From: the human T2T-CHM13v2.0 reference genome, Homo sapiens
NCBI RefSeq assembly: GCF_009914755.1
Contig: NC_060925.1
Strand: one strand, 5' to 3'
DNA length: 64,000 bases
Part shown: positions 26,801 through 43,355 of the stretch, in pieces
Layout of the letters: each line of letters begins with the position of its first letter
Position numbering within the stretch: the stretch's first letter is position 1
Notes under the pieces: generated by a model
The model's input: the letters and a program-made list of their open reading frames with translations, nothing else
What the model was told of the DNA's origin: nothing
Database searches by the model: none
Translations under genes and position numbers: made by a program

Positions 26801-29800
26801 GTAGTTTAATATTCACTGTGCTGCTGCTCACTGTGGAACAGCCACTGACCATAAAGTTTGACATTTTGAAGATGAAAGTGCTTTGAATTAGTCATGCACA
26901 TGTGAAGTCATTGTTCCTTCTTGTCCTGCTCTGGAATCTAAAAATGACTTTCAACAGAGCCCAGTAACTTTCCCTCAACAATCACCTTCCGGTGAAGAGG
27001 TATGGAGGAGTTTAGGCCAGGTAGAAACTCTCAGTCACTCAGAAGAAAACCAAAGCAGAGTGAAGGCAATGTGCACCACATTTGGAGAGAGGGGTCTGTC
27101 CCGCCACAGCTTCGCAGTCTGCTGCCTCTTTGAGGAGCAGTAGGGGCTGGAGGGCTGTGAGAGGTGGGACAGGGCAGGTGAAATCTCACAGGCAGTCTGA
27201 ATGTGAGGACAGGAGGAAGAACAGTGCTGTGGAATCCTGGGGCTTTGGGTTCAGAGCTTGGCTATGCCTCATACAAGTTTGGTGACTCCAGGTAAGTTAA
27301 TATCGTGGGTTAACGTTTTTTTTTTACTTGTAAGATATAGTGACTGCTTCATAACGCTGCCATGAGAATTAAAGAAGCCATAAAGCACTTAGCACAGTAT
27401 CTGGCACATAGTAGGCAAACAGTAAATCTGTCTCTTCTCTCGAGAGATTCCCAGCTTTCTAAAACTCAGGCGCCTTCCTCATGCTGTAAATGTTGTGCAT
27501 TCCCAGAATCCCAGACATCCACTCGCACATACTATCACTAAAGTGCTTAGCCAAGGGGATGTGTGCTTGAGATTTTCCAGTCTGCCTTAGTGCGTATAAG
27601 TAGGGGTCGACTACAGTCACACTTTCTTATGAGGGAACTCAAAAGAAGAATCCTCTTTTGCTTTAAAACTGGTCATCTGGCTTCGTGTGCCTCTGTAGTG
27701 GTGCAGACAGTTCTCCATCCAGGCAATCAGATGGCCTCCCAACCACCTGGTCAGCAGATCCCTGACTTATTGGGATCCCCATGAAGCGAGCACACAGAAT
27801 TGTAAGGCGTAATAATAGATATCATCCCTTACCAGGAGCCAGTCACGGTGTTAGGTACTGACATGCATTAGCTCATTTAATTCTCACCACAACCCTGAAA
27901 AGTTTGTACCATTACTTGTATTCAACAGATAAGATATATGAAGTTCAGAGCAGTGAAGTAACTTGCCCAAAGTCACACAGGGCCTGGAAGTGGCAAAACT
28001 AGGATCTGAAACCAGACATGTATGATTTCTGAGTCTGAGTTCCCAACCACTGAGCCACATCAGCTCAAATCCCCGCATTCCTGGCCTTTGCCTGACCCTG
28101 CACCACTTAGTTGTCCTGGCTTTCTCCATAGCTGGGCTGAAAGATGTGATAGTCTCAGAGGATGGTGTGAAGGATGCACTTTACTCACATTTGCCTTGGT
28201 GTAGTGTCTAGCTAGACTTCAGACAGCTGCGTGCTTGCACTGTGTTTTGGGACTGTGCCCTTGGCATTCATCAGGGGACACTATGAGAGGCATCCTCATG
28301 ACACTCATGTTGGTATCTGCTGAAGGAATGCTCTTGAAGCCAGAGGCCACTGCCTCCTACTGGGCCCCCACATGGATTCCCAGGTGAGATGTTTCTTTAA
28401 GAGCTCAGGGCTAGGAAATGCCTTTCATTGCTTTATTGTGGCAGGTGCTTTTGTTATAATTTACCACAAGTGATAAATAAATGAGCAAGCAAATTAAAAT
28501 AACTGGCCCATGGACACATCCACCAGGATGTCATGTGGGCCTCGGGAGATTACTTTCTCACCACAAACCTTTCCTGTAGGACACACTGGGAACAGAGACT
28601 CCTCTGGGCATGCTGACAACCTCTGGTTGTCCCTTAACTCAGTTCACAGTTAATTCAGCCCCTCATCAGACACTCAAACAAGAAGCTACTCTGTCCTCTC
28701 TTGGGGAGGCAGAAGTGACAGACAGTGAACCCCAAAAACAGTTCCTTCAAGGTGAAGGTCAAGTCCCCAATTTATGAAAAGCTCAATAGGTATTACACTA
28801 TTTGAATCTGAATCTGAACTATGGTATGAGGAATGGGGAAAGTGAAGGAGGGAGAGAGGGAAGGAAGAATTGGAAAAGAACAAAAGAAGGAGGCAGCAGA
28901 GTGGGGCTGAAAGGGATATGAGGAAGGACAGGGACTACCGAGCCCCTGCCCAGGTCAGAGGCCACTGTAAAAGGCACTGACACAGGTCCCCTCATTCAAT
29001 CCTCAACATCAGTTAAGGTGTCAGAGCACAAAGCATTGCTCAAGGTCATCGAAGTGGAGAATACTTAATTCTCCACTTAAGAGAGGACAGAGTGGCTTCT
29101 TGTTTGAGTTTCTGATACTAAATATGTATTTAGTGCAATGCATTTCCACTATTCGCCTTGAGAGAGGGAGCTAAGGCGGAAGAAAAAGAGAAAAAAAAGT
29201 GGAAGAGGTGGGAGGAAAGAAGGGAGGTTGGGTGGGGGGAGAAGATAAAAAGTGGAGAAGGTAAGAGAGGGTGTAATAAAGTTATGTGCAAATTGTGTGT
29301 GTGTGTGAGTGTGTGTGAGTGTGTGTGTGGGAGAGAGAGAGTCAAATAGAAAGACAAAAAGACAAAAATGAAAACAAAACGGGGAATGAAAGAGGAAAGA
29401 GAGATGACCTATCAGGGAAGAGGAATGCTATGCAGAGAGAGACCTGGGAGAACTGAAGGGGGGGTGCGTCTCCTGTCTCCAGCCCCACAAAGATAGCTCA
29501 AGCCCTCCAGAGCATAGGTCTTAGCCCTGACAAAGGACCAGGCTGCCTTCCAATCCTCGATGTGGAAGGGAGCCTCTCACAGCAGCCATGCACCCTGGGG
29601 GCCAGGAGAGGGCACTTCAACCTCAGGCAACTGCAACAAAGCCGCAGCTTGTGGTCCCCCAAAGACAAGTGGCAGAGGGAAGGAGCTGGAGAGAGTCCAG
29701 ACTGTTGCTCAGTTCAGTGGGTTACCAGCCCTGTGGCCAGTATCCTTCTGATGGAGCTAGGTTCTGATGCACATCCCTACTAACACAGGCTGGGAATTAA

Positions 29801-32800
29801 ACTGACTTGGGTCCTCTGTGGCTGCCTCTACACCGGCCCAGCGCCTCCTCTAGGCCCTGCCCCTGCCCCTTCCCTATTCTAGATCTTTCTGTCCAATAGA
29901 GCAACATGCTTCCAACTTCTCCCCAGCCCCCTCCTGCTCTTCCCCTTCACCAGGAATCATCCCTTCTTTGAGTCCAGGGTGAAACGGTTTTCAAAATCAT
30001 TTCTCGCTTACTATGCCATTTGATCTGCCCGGATATTTACAAGGTAGGTGCAGTAGGGAGAGTGGGAAACTGGCACAGATGAAGTGTCAGCTGTCTACAT
30101 TCACATTAAAAAATTAAAATCACTGGACTTTCCAGTTCTTAAATTCCATGATGAGAACCCAAGTGTCTTAACTCTTTATCATAACATATTTCCTCAACAC
30201 CAGACTAAGGAGGGCTAATATATGCTGTTTCTAGCAGAGCATCAAATACCAAATCCCAGTCACAGACTGAACCCTGGCTTTAGTCACAGATCTTGACTGT
30301 AGACTGAGTCCTGAGACTAATCCTAAATGAATTTGTCCTGGTAAAATTTCCAAACTATGCACGTGAGGACAGAGATTTCTATTGGGGTATCAGAGTACTC
30401 TGAACACACCTTTAAGAAAGCTGTTATTTAAGAATCTGAAGAACCTCTTAGGAATCTTAAGAACCCTTCATGGAAGTTTCCATGAAACCTATAATCCAAA
30501 CAGATTTCATCTCTTCTGATAACCTAGGAATTTATTATTCAGATTTCATCCAACTGGGTACTTGGCTAGTAATAATAATAATAAGAGCATCGTTTATTGA
30601 GTGCTTATTATGTTCCAGGTAATCTATTAGGCACCTGAGAATTTGTTTTGCTTCCATCTACTCAAAACAACACTGTGAGGTAAATTTAATAATCATTGTT
30701 ACAGATGGACAAACTGAGGCTCAGAGAGATTAGGTCACTTGCCTAAGTTCACACAACTGGTAAATAGCAGAACCGAGATTTGAACCCAGGTCAGCCTGGC
30801 TCCAAAGACTATGCTTGCTTCATTCTATTATTAACGATGGCATCTGTTATATCTCAGCTATTAGCTTCTCAATCATATGGCTGATTTCTTCAAAGAAAGT
30901 GTCTTTTAGTGGAGCAATCAGAGGATTTAATATCAGAAGAAACAAGTTCAAGCTTCTGTGAGGATATTGCCCCACCACCTATGCACTGTTCCACCTGGAC
31001 AGGCTTCCTCTTAATCCAATTCTGAGTTTCTGTACTTCTAGAGGCTGAGACTGGTCCTGGCTTAGGATACGAACACAGAGACAAAATGCACCTCCTTCTC
31101 TGACCCTTGAATTCCTTGTTTGTAAAATAGAGATAATAATACTCATCTCTACGGATTGCTGTGGGGATCAAATGAAATGATGGTTCCGAATACACTTTAT
31201 ACACTGATGAATGCTGTTTATTTCTGGATGGCTTACCCAGGTCTTGGCATTCTGCAGGAGCTTCATAAATACCATAAAAATATGTATATTTTTTTCTTTT
31301 CTTTTTTTTTTTTTTGAACTGACATCCAAGCATCCTTTACCTCCTCTCTCTCCTCTCCACTGACTCATGGCCAAAACTGCATGGATTGAGAGCAGTGGTC
31401 CTGACCTCCTCCTCCCTCTAAGTTCCAACTTGCATCCCTCCCAGCCACAACTCCCACCTCCTGTCTCTTGAGACACATCAACAAGCCAAGCACGGCCACA
31501 ACCCCAGCTAAAGGCCCTTGTCTCAGACAGAGTTGGCAGCTGCCTCCTCTTATTGGCAGCACATTTATCATCTTAAGGAAAATATTGATGGATAAGAAAT
31601 CCCAGACAGGCAGCATGTCTTGGCTGGGCATGCAGCCTGAAGTGAGGTATGAGATGCTAGTTTTAGCGTCTTTCTGAAAGAAAGGGAGAGTTTGTGCTCC
31701 TGTAGAGAATGGCCCTGTGGCCCCAGGGGTCACAGCAAATCCTAAGATGACCATGTCCTACACGTAGTCGATGTTCAATAAATGTTATATCTAAATTAAA
31801 TAAACCCTTTGAATGAGCCTGAAGGATGGAGGCCCTTTGTCCAAACCCTTCATTTTACAAATGGGATCTCGGGCAGGGTAGTGATTTGCTCGAGATCACA
31901 GCAAGTCAGCAGCAGAGACTGGATTAATAAAGTATGTGGCTCATGAATCTCACATCAAAATACTGTCCAATACCCAGTATTCCACTAGGAGATATCCCAA
32001 ACTTCTGGCCAGACAGTATGATCTGACAAACTGGATCTGGGCTCCCGAGGGGAATCAGGAGGAAGGAGATCCTTAGATTTACTTTCAGAGCCGATCTCCC
32101 AGGAACACATCCTTTTAAAGATGAAAAGAGTTAGAAGGGCAGGCGGGTGTTACTTGGTGAGGTGCTGTGGCATTTACTTACGATATGTTCACCTATCTCC
32201 AACTGACCCCATTCAACTCATCCTGCCCGCTGCTGCCACAGTGACCTCCAGGCAGCACTGGTGTGGTTGTGGGTCACTGGTGCTTCACTAGCTGGTTCCC
32301 ATAGCCTTCTCCGGCCTCATTGCCTCTCACTCCCTAACTCACACCCAAGGCCCAGACATGTCCACAGGAGGAAAGCAGCTCTCTGGACTGGGCACAACTA
32401 GTCTCTCTGCCTGCAGAGCACTTTGCTCCCTTCTCATCCTTCTAGACTTGGTAAAAGTGATGGTGCTTCCTTCCTGCACCTCCTCCCACCCCTTGATCCC
32501 CTCAAGGTTAGGTTAGATGCTTCTTTTCTCCATGTCCTGTGTTCCCATCTGTCACAACTGTCCTGCAGTCACTCTCCTGCCCATCTCCTCCACCACCTGG
32601 GAACCTCACCATGCATAGGCTACAGCCACTCAGTTCTGCATCCCCAGAAACCAGCATAGGGCCTGGTACAGCATAGGTGCTCAGTGAGTGTAGCCTTGGA
32701 TTCCAGACCCTCCCTGTCCTTATCTTCCCCACAAAAGTTCAGAATGGAGCTATCTCCCACTGGCTCTTGTTCTAGCCTCTAGAGCCACAGAGAACAGATC

Positions 32801-32832
32801 TACTCCCTCTGCTTCATGAGAGCTCTTTAGAG

Positions 32833-33173
32833 CAGGGGTCCTCAAGCCCCTGGCCATGGATTGGTACTGTGGCCTGTTAGGAATCAGGCTGCACCGCAGG
32901 AGGTGAGTGGCAGGTGATGGATCATTATGACCTGAGCTCCTCCTCCTGTCAGAACAGCACTGGCATTAGATTCTCATAGGAATGCAAACCCTATTGTGAA
33001 CTATGCATATGAGGGATGTAGGTTGTGCACTTCTTTTAAGAATATAACTGATGCCTGATGATCTGAGGTGGAACAGTTTCATCCTGAAACCATCTCCCCT
33101 CCTAACCCTGGTCCATTGAAAATTTTTCTCCCATGAAATCGGTCCCTGGTGCCAAAAAGGTTGGGGACTGCTA
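32833..33173 (+). mobile_element. MER1B (hAT-Charlie)
   Basis: caggggtcctcaa...ccaaaaaggttggggactgcta; perfect 8-bp TSD CTTTAGAG at 32825-32832 and 33174-33181. Confidence 0.92.
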
Positions 33174-33278
33174 CTTTAGAGATTTGACCAAAGCATATAT
33201 GTAGCCCCTAAATGTCTTCTTGCCAAAGAAAATATCCCCAATTATTTTTACCAGTTCCTCATATATCATAGCTTTGGG

Positions 33279-33393
33279 TAGGGTGACCAACCATCTTTGT
33301 TTGCTAAGAAATGTCCTGGTTTTGGCACAGAGTCCTCTGTTTTGGGAAACTCCTCACTCAGTCCCAGGCAAACCAGGGCAGTTGGTAAACCTA
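33279..33393. mobile_element. MER81-like hAT-Blackjack MITE
   Basis: TIRs tagggtgaccaac / gttggtaaaccta; TSD gctttggg/gctttgtg. Confidence 0.75.
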
Positions 33394-35988
33394 GCTTTGT
33401 GTTCCCTTTCCAACCTGATGCCTCAGGACCTGTGCACCATTTTATCAATATTCGACATAGAGTAGGGGCCAGAAATGAACACACAGTTCCCAGGGTCGTT
33501 GACATAACAGGGCAAAGAAAGGCCAACACCTCCTTACTCCCCAAATCTATTTCTGTGAATGCAGCCAAAATCAGCTTCAATTCTGGCAGAAGGGTAGTGT
33601 GGTGGATGTGGGAGTTGACACATTGCCCTGTTGATCAATATCAAACTTAATAGTGTCAGTTAAGATGCCTAAACCATTTTACTGCACAGGAAACCTCATT
33701 TCCCCAAATCATTACTTCCAAAGCTGCTTTCGTTTTATTCTTTTTACTCTAAAGGCAGAAATGACTCAACATCTTTGTTCCAATTATTGTCCAATTAAGC
33801 CCCCCTCAAATGTTCCAGGCGTTCATGCATTCAACAATTATTTATTAAGCTTCTCCAACATAGCAGACAGTCCCTCTCATTGTCCTTGGACTGATAAAAG
33901 TTAGGCCTAAACCTGAAACTGGTTGGAGCTAATCTTGGGTCTTTCCACTTTTGGGCTCTTCCCACACTTGTGCAATAAGAAGGTGGGAACACAAGTATTA
34001 TATGCATAAGTTGAAGGGAATATTCATATAGACAAACAGGTTCAAGTTACTTAGGAACCAACCAGGATTTATTTTGACCGTAAGCTAACAGCCATAATCC
34101 TGAAACAATATCAACTCTCTTTATCATCGACTTGGTTTCCATGGAGGCTTGCGGGTGCTGCTAGTGAAGGCTGACAGTTATCACTATAAAGAAACTTTAC
34201 AACTTTGTAATTTGTAGCTCTCTGCTGACAGTAATATTAACAGCATTTCAAATTATGGCCATAAACTTGACAACAGCAGATAAAACCCTTAGAAACCTCA
34301 TTTTAGGGGATGAGGGAGGCTAGGGGAAGGTAATAATGTTTAGGTTTTCCAGGCCTGGGCAGGAGACATTCAGAAATCAGGGGCACATTTTGATCTGGAG
34401 GTGAGAGGCAGTCAGCCCAAGGCAGGGCTCACAACAGGCAGCAGCTCAGCCGGGCACTGCAGAGCGAGAGTCTGGGCAGCATCCAGCAGAGCTGCAACTG
34501 GGCTATCAGGGATTGCAAATAGGTCAAACTAGGGACGCTGATCAGAGAGAGGGGTGAGAGTGAGGGGTGAGAGTAAGGGCTGACTGGTAGGTCCCAACCT
34601 CTGCAGGGTTCAGAAAAGGCTCTTGTCCAACAGGAAATGGATGGAAACTGGGAAGATTACAGAGCAGGGAGGAAGGTTAGATAAAAACCTAACAGGCAGA
34701 GTGGAGCGAACACACACTTTGAGCTGGATCAATCTGGATTTTACATTCGCACTCTACCACTACTAGCTGTGCAGCCTGGGGCATGTAGGTTGATTTTTTT
34801 GGGCTTCAATTTCCCTGCTTGTGAAATGGAGATACTATCTCAAAGGTCCAAATCAAATGATTCTCTATGTATCTGGAAATAAACTTAAAGATCACATCAT
34901 TTCATCTTCTATGCTAAAGATAGGAAAATTAGGACCCAAAGCAGGGAACAGACCTCCTCAAACCTACACCACAAGTTACAGGCAAAGCTGATGCTCTAGT
35001 GCAGGGACCTGAGCCTCTTCATGAAGCACATTCTCAATATTATTATTTTTACCATTACTGCTACTATTATTATTAGTCATTCATTCAGCCAGATAGTCAA
35101 TCAGAAGGATTCATATTTAAAGATCAAACTCTAGCCCATGTCTGTAGGGAGGAGAAAAAAATCAACAGACTTCAGTACAGTTTAGACTTCGGTTCCCAAA
35201 ACCCTCTGATGGAAGCTTTTTTCACTTATGAATCTTAACAAAGCTTTGACCTTGGGTATGACACACAAGAACTGAGAAGTACCTAGGTATCTTTAGATGC
35301 CAACCAATAGGTGAAACTTGACTGCTTCCTACTCTTCTGTCCTCCACCGAAAATTTAGTGAAGGCTCTCTGGCAAGAACAAATATCTAGGCAGTACCCAT
35401 CCCCAACCACATACAGATGCCGATACTGTTTCTGAACAGCAGAGATCACATAACTCATTGCCTTGTTCTTGATCCAAGTGGATTAGCAGATGTTGGGTGA
35501 GGCCTGCTTCCACTTCATTCATTCATTCATTCATTCATTTGCATTCACTGAGTATCTACCTAGTATCAGGCTTTAGCTAGAGAGGTGAAATGATTTAACC
35601 AAGTCCACATAGCTTTATGAGGGGGTCAGGGGCAAAAGGTCATACTGGAACTGGGGTTTTAACTCACAGTCTAGCTTTCTTTTCACCAAGTTATCAAGCA
35701 GAAGCCCACCTTGACTGTGTACACCAAGAAAATCTTTTCTTCATTGTGACTTTATAGTACCTCGTAGAAAAATCTATGTTGAGTCTATCCAAAGCCCAGG
35801 CCTGTCTCCAGAACGTCAGGCCTTTAGAGCCCTCTGCCAACCAAACTTTTCCATTTGGATTTTACATAAGTCCCTTATACTCAATATATTACATACAGAG
35901 CTCAAAATATCCCCCTCTCCAACCCTTTTCTCCAATAGTCTGTAGCTAAATGATTGGCCTTAACAGCTATCATCTATCATATTGTTTT

Positions 35989-36341
<353 letters not shown>

Positions 36342-36392
36342 TGACTCTTTCCTCTACCCCGTATCCAAACAATCAGCAAGAATACTCAATCC

Positions 36393-37534
<1,142 letters not shown>

Positions 37535-40500
37535 TATTTCACAAATCTTTCTCTTTCTCTCCATGGTCTGGCTCTGCCTATATTTATTAATCACCTGCTG
37601 CTTCTGGCCCAGCCCCAGCTACCCTCCAATCCTTTGGATGTAGCATCCTCTCTCTGGCATCTGGGTTCTCCCCTGTACTTCTCCCTCTGCATTCCATTCA
37701 TCCTAGAAGTCTGAGCCCTAGTTTCTCTTCCTCCACGAAGCCTTTCTTCCGACCCCCTCCTGCACCACCCCAGCTGGTTTAGGTGACTCCCACTGCTTCC
37801 CCAACCAGCAGAGTTCCCCTCTGCCAGAACTTTTATCCCTCTGTGATGCTATTGTCTCTTTACCTTTCTCCCTCCCCTCAAAACTGTCTTCATCTTGAAA
37901 GCAGAGACCAAGCTTTTTTCATCTGTCTTTTTCTAGTGTCTAATGTGTTTGGTTGGATGGATGAGTAAATAAACGATAGCTTCAATGTCTGATGTAGGCT
38001 TCAGAGGACGCAGTGCAAGGCATATATGGGCTCTGAAATGAGACTAACCCAATTAACTGAATTTGATATCTCAGCATCTTCTCTTGACCACATCAGCCAT
38101 ACCCTTCCCCTTAAGAGCCAGCATTTTCTTATTTCATTGTGTCCACAGCTACAAGCCTGGGTGGAAACCAGTCTGCTCAGGACCCAAGGTCTCTGTTCCC
38201 AATGTTTTTCTCATCCATTATGTCAAAGAGCTATTTCTTCTTGGCTTGTAACCAGACTAAAAACAAATGCCAGATAAGCTCTGGGTTACTTTATGATTCC
38301 AGTTTAGCCTTTCTCTCCCTCTTTTTCAAATCGTTTGAACAGAGCATATTTATTACTTGGCAGGCCAGTAAAATGTAAATAGGGTTTCCTGAAGAATGGT
38401 TCAAAATTCGTAGGAATTTATCATTTCACAAAAACAACAAATGACAGGAAGGAAAGGCAAGGGACCTAATATTTAATGGCACAGACTATATGCCCGGTGA
38501 TTTATCTGCATGCATTCTCCCATGCAGCCCTAACAACAATCCTGTGATGTAAATAATCTTCCTCACTTTACAGATGAAGAAACTGAGGTTCAGAGTGGTT
38601 AAATATGGGATTAGGGTCTCAGCGAGAATGACGCAAAAGAGAACTCACACCTAGGACTCTGACACCAGCGCTGTATTCTTGCCACAGCATGGACAGGAGA
38701 GAGGCCAAGAGGCCACCGGCCATGGCAGAAGCCTCTGAGGATGTCTCTCTTTTAGGTTCTGTTGAAAGCTATGGGCCTTCCTCCCAAAAAATGAACTCTG
38801 CATATTTACTCACAGCTTTGCATACATTTTAGATGGTTCACAGGGTTTTGTTGAAGCCATCTGTAAGCCCCTCAATTAAGAACCCCTAAACTAAAAGAAT
38901 GAAGGTAGCTATTGGTTGGGCCTGACTAGCTGCCCGGGACACTTTTGTATTGATTTTACCTATTAAATTAGAAACTCTTATGTTCATGGAATCACTGAAT
39001 ATTAAAACTCAATAAAAAAGTATGCATTATTGATAACATGGAATATTGATAATCCATGGATTATTGATCCAATTAATCTAAGCATGGAATTATATAACTT
39101 ACATTTTAGAATCAGGAACATCTTAGAATGTCAGAGCTGGAAGGAACTAGAATAGTGATCAAGTCCACACATAATTTTATTCCACAAAACTCTGATGGGT
39201 AGGAAGTATTACACACACAGGCTGAGAGAGGGGACAAGACTTGCTGGAGGCAACCCGTAATAGCGTGGAGTCAGAATTCAAATACTAGTTGCTAGTTCCA
39301 AAGCCAGATTGTCAAGTTAAAGATTCAACCAACAGAAGGAAAGCCATGTAGTCTGCATGGGGCTGAGACAAGTCAAGACAAGAACATTTGTTGAGTACCT
39401 ACCAGATGCCAGGCAGTACCAGGAGAATGCAGATATAGTGCCTTATTTCACCCTCCCAATAACCATGCAAAGTGAGTACTATTTTTATTTTACAAATCGG
39501 GAAACAGATTCAGAGTGGTGAGATAACCAGTACAAGGTCACACAGCCAGGTAAGCACCAACCACCATGTCCATTTATTTATTTCCCAGATATAGTAGAGA
39601 AGGGAAGTCAGAGAGCAAAACCCTGGTCATGTTTGGCTGGTGCTTTTCCAAGGAGAAGAACTGAACCAATGGACACATATGCTCTGGTCTGTGGAGCGGC
39701 GGACACTATTCTGGACCTAGATGAAATATCCCTTGGGATTCTCTGCAGCCCCAGCCCTTCCTGATGTTATACTCATCCAGTATCCTCTAGCTAATTAGTC
39801 TGGCCTCCATGATACTAGGAAGGGGGCACCCTGGATGACAGAAACAAGAAACTCCATCAGTGGAACGGCACATCTCCCACTGTGTGAATCAGTCACTGTT
39901 CTGCGGTCAAGGCAAGACCCTCAACTGTGATGACCCCACCAATGCTCTTTGCCCTACAAACCCTAACAACAGCTGCTGATTTCTTGCTATAACAGCCCTA
40001 TCTATCTTCTTTCACACAGACAGTGGTCCTCATTCACATTCACATAAACCTTTTCAATGTCACTTAATATTTAGTTCACAGTGCACACTCACAAAAGCTA
40101 TTTCCTTTAACCTCACTGCAACTCGGTGAGGTTAAGTATTATTATGTCCTCCTGCTACAGATTAGGAAACTAATCTGAGGCCCAGTGAGGTTATACAACT
40201 CACCCAAGGTGACACATCTAGTAAGTGGGTGAGCCTAGGATTCAAACCCAGATATGTCTGAATCGAAAGTTTGTTCTGTTTGCATAATACCACATCTATA
40301 CTTTAAATAAATATCTCTATTTAATTCCCACAGCAGGGGTTAGACAAGTGTGAAGGTCCTTGGTCCCTTTGTAATGGTGAGGAAGCTCACCTCAGACAGG
40401 TTACAGGACTTGCTGAAGGGTGCTCTCACGGATGATGTTGGTGCTGTCATCAGAATCCAGGTCTCCTGATTCCTAGTCTAGAGGACATTTTCTCCCAGAC

Positions 40501-41200
40501 CATATTGCCTTTCCCATCAGACCATGTAATTTCTTTTTATGATTGGGACATGGAGCCAGCAGCCAACAAAGATCACAATCTGTCTCCCTGAAGTCTCCCT
40601 CTGTTATGAAATGAGAGTTTTTTTTTTTTTTTTTAAGTATTTCAAACAGAACCCAGGTTAAATCACCCTTGCATGCATTGAATCGGCCTGAGCTTCCCTG
40701 GTGCAGTTTGTTTCCTCTTCTCATCCTCTAGAGGACAGAACAAGGCAGGGTAGGTCCATCAGTATCACGACCTGCTCAGCTTGTGCATAGCCTCTCTACT
40801 CACCTTAACCCCTTCCAATCACGAGCTCCCATTCCCTGTCGCCACTCCCAAATAGTCAATTACCAAGTCTTCTCAGTTCCACATTCTAAGTATTCTACAG
40901 CCACCACTCTGGTCTTGGCCTGGATTATTTCTCACCTGGATTTTTATAACAGCCTCCTAATGCATGTCCCTGTCTACAATACTGGCCCCCTCGAATCTGT
41001 CCTTCCATTGTCTACATTCAAGATCAAACTTCTTACATCTTTCCACTTCAGACTTATCATTGAGTCTGAAGTCCTTCAGCCCTAAGGGACCACTTACAGC
41101 TTCTGCCCATACCTTCTGTACTCCCCTCTCTGTCTACCACATCCTCCCTTCAACAACACCCTCACCCAGTTTGACTAGTTCATATTAAAAACTCAGTTTA

Positions 41201-41500
<300 letters not shown>

Positions 41501-43029
41501 TCTCAGTTTAGATGTCTCTTTTCCTGGGAAATCTTCCCTGACTCCTAGGACTGCGTGTGAGTTCCCTCTTTCCCCCATGTAAAGACATTCTTGTCTTTAG
41601 TATGTTCTCTGTTACATTCCCTGTGCCTAGAACTTTACCTGACCTATGACAGGCACTCAATATATACTTGTCAAATGAAAATGTCCCAGAGCCTTCTGGA
41701 ATTCCTCCACCAGAATTTATCACATACATTGTAATTATCTCTTCCCTTTTCTGTCTCCCCAAGTAGACTGAAAGTTCTGTGAGTCAGGAATCATGCCTTT
41801 TTATTCAGTATTTTACCCTAGGTGCCTTTTATGATTCCTGGTATGTACTAATGCTGTGTTTACTTTTGATAAATGAGTGTTGGCTGTTGAGGGGTGGAAA
41901 CCTTGGGCCTGAACCAAGGGTGGGCTTTCTACTAAGAAACACATTTTCTTCTAAGACAGAAGCATGTCAGAAGTGCTAAGAAAAGGTAGGAGAGCCTGTC
42001 AGATTGGACAGCAAAAAACAACAAACTAAGGGCAGGCCTCCTCTGGAGGGACCCTCATCTCACTATGAATAAGGGTTGCAGAATCCCCTTTAGTGCACAA
42101 GCTCAAACTCTTATTCCAGGCAGCTCTCTGTCCCTTTGCCATAATATTATGGGAGAGCAAAGCAAGTACAATGTGGAATGAAGCATATGCATGTGTTATA
42201 GGAGTTAGCAGATTCTGGAGAAGGCATAGGCCATATGCATCATCTAAGGTGTGTATGGGGCATGAAGAGGGGCAATGTGGCACATAACAGGTGGCCAGGA
42301 CTTTGGAACCCACAGACCCTCTTCCTCAGAGCAGAGCCTACTCCCTTGGCCTTGCTGAGTCAGGTGGGTATTAAAGCAGACTGCAAGATGACCCTCAGTC
42401 TTGATGACTGTACATAGGGAACTCTCAGTTCCAATCATAATATCTCTGTGTCCAACAGGATGTGGAACATTGCTCTAACACCTGGCCTACCCCCTGACAG
42501 CCCCTCCTTCTAGGGCCATTGCCCTACTTCCGATGTTCCTGGCAAGGTACCTGGACACCATACCCCCAACCCTCCCAAACACACATACAAACAGAGCCAC
42601 TAAGTTGCAGTTGGCTGGTGGGACTAGCCCTAAGTCATGCCACGTTCAGAAAAGATGTTTCCCTGCACAGAGGAATTCCATAAACACTCACCAAGGGTTG
42701 AAAAATGCTAAAAGAGCACTTCTACCTCCAGGGAGGGGGAATTTGCAGAAATACAGAGTTCATTTCATCTAAAGTTCCTTCCTCCTCCCTCCACTTCTCT
42801 GAGAAAACTAAGTGTTAGGAAAGGAGACATAGATCAACCCGAAAACAAAGGATCAAGGAAAGCAGAATCTGCCACGATCTGTTACAGCTCTGATGCAGTG
42901 ACCTTGATATTAAAATCAACACTCGGGAAACTAGAGTTACTACCTAATCCTTAAAAAATTAGGCAAACTAGAAAATAACTTCTAATTTCATCATGGAAGG
43001 CTTTGGAGTTTTCAGAGAAATTTTATGAA

Positions 43030-43355
43030 GAAACTAAGAGGAAAAGGAATTTGTCAAAGGAAATGCAAAGGCAGAGAGAAAGATGCACAGAGGATGAGAG
43101 GGGAAAGACAAGGAAGACAGAAGACAGGCAAAGAGGAGAGAAAGAAAAGGAGGATGGGATGAGAGAGAGGACAGAAAGGAGGGGAGGAGGGGGAAAAAGA
43201 AGTAAGGAAAGAGAAGCACAGGACAGGTGAGGAGGGAGGAGGAGGGCATAGAAGGAGAGGGAACAAGGGTGAGAAAAGTAAGTAGAAGGGGAAATAGTGA
43301 GTAGAGGGAAGAGAAAGTGGGAGAGGATAGGTTAGACAAAAGATGAAAAGAGAAA
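43030..43355. repeat. GA-rich tract (pyrimidine-rich in AGBL4 pre-mRNA)
   Basis: Seen directly. Confidence 0.85.
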
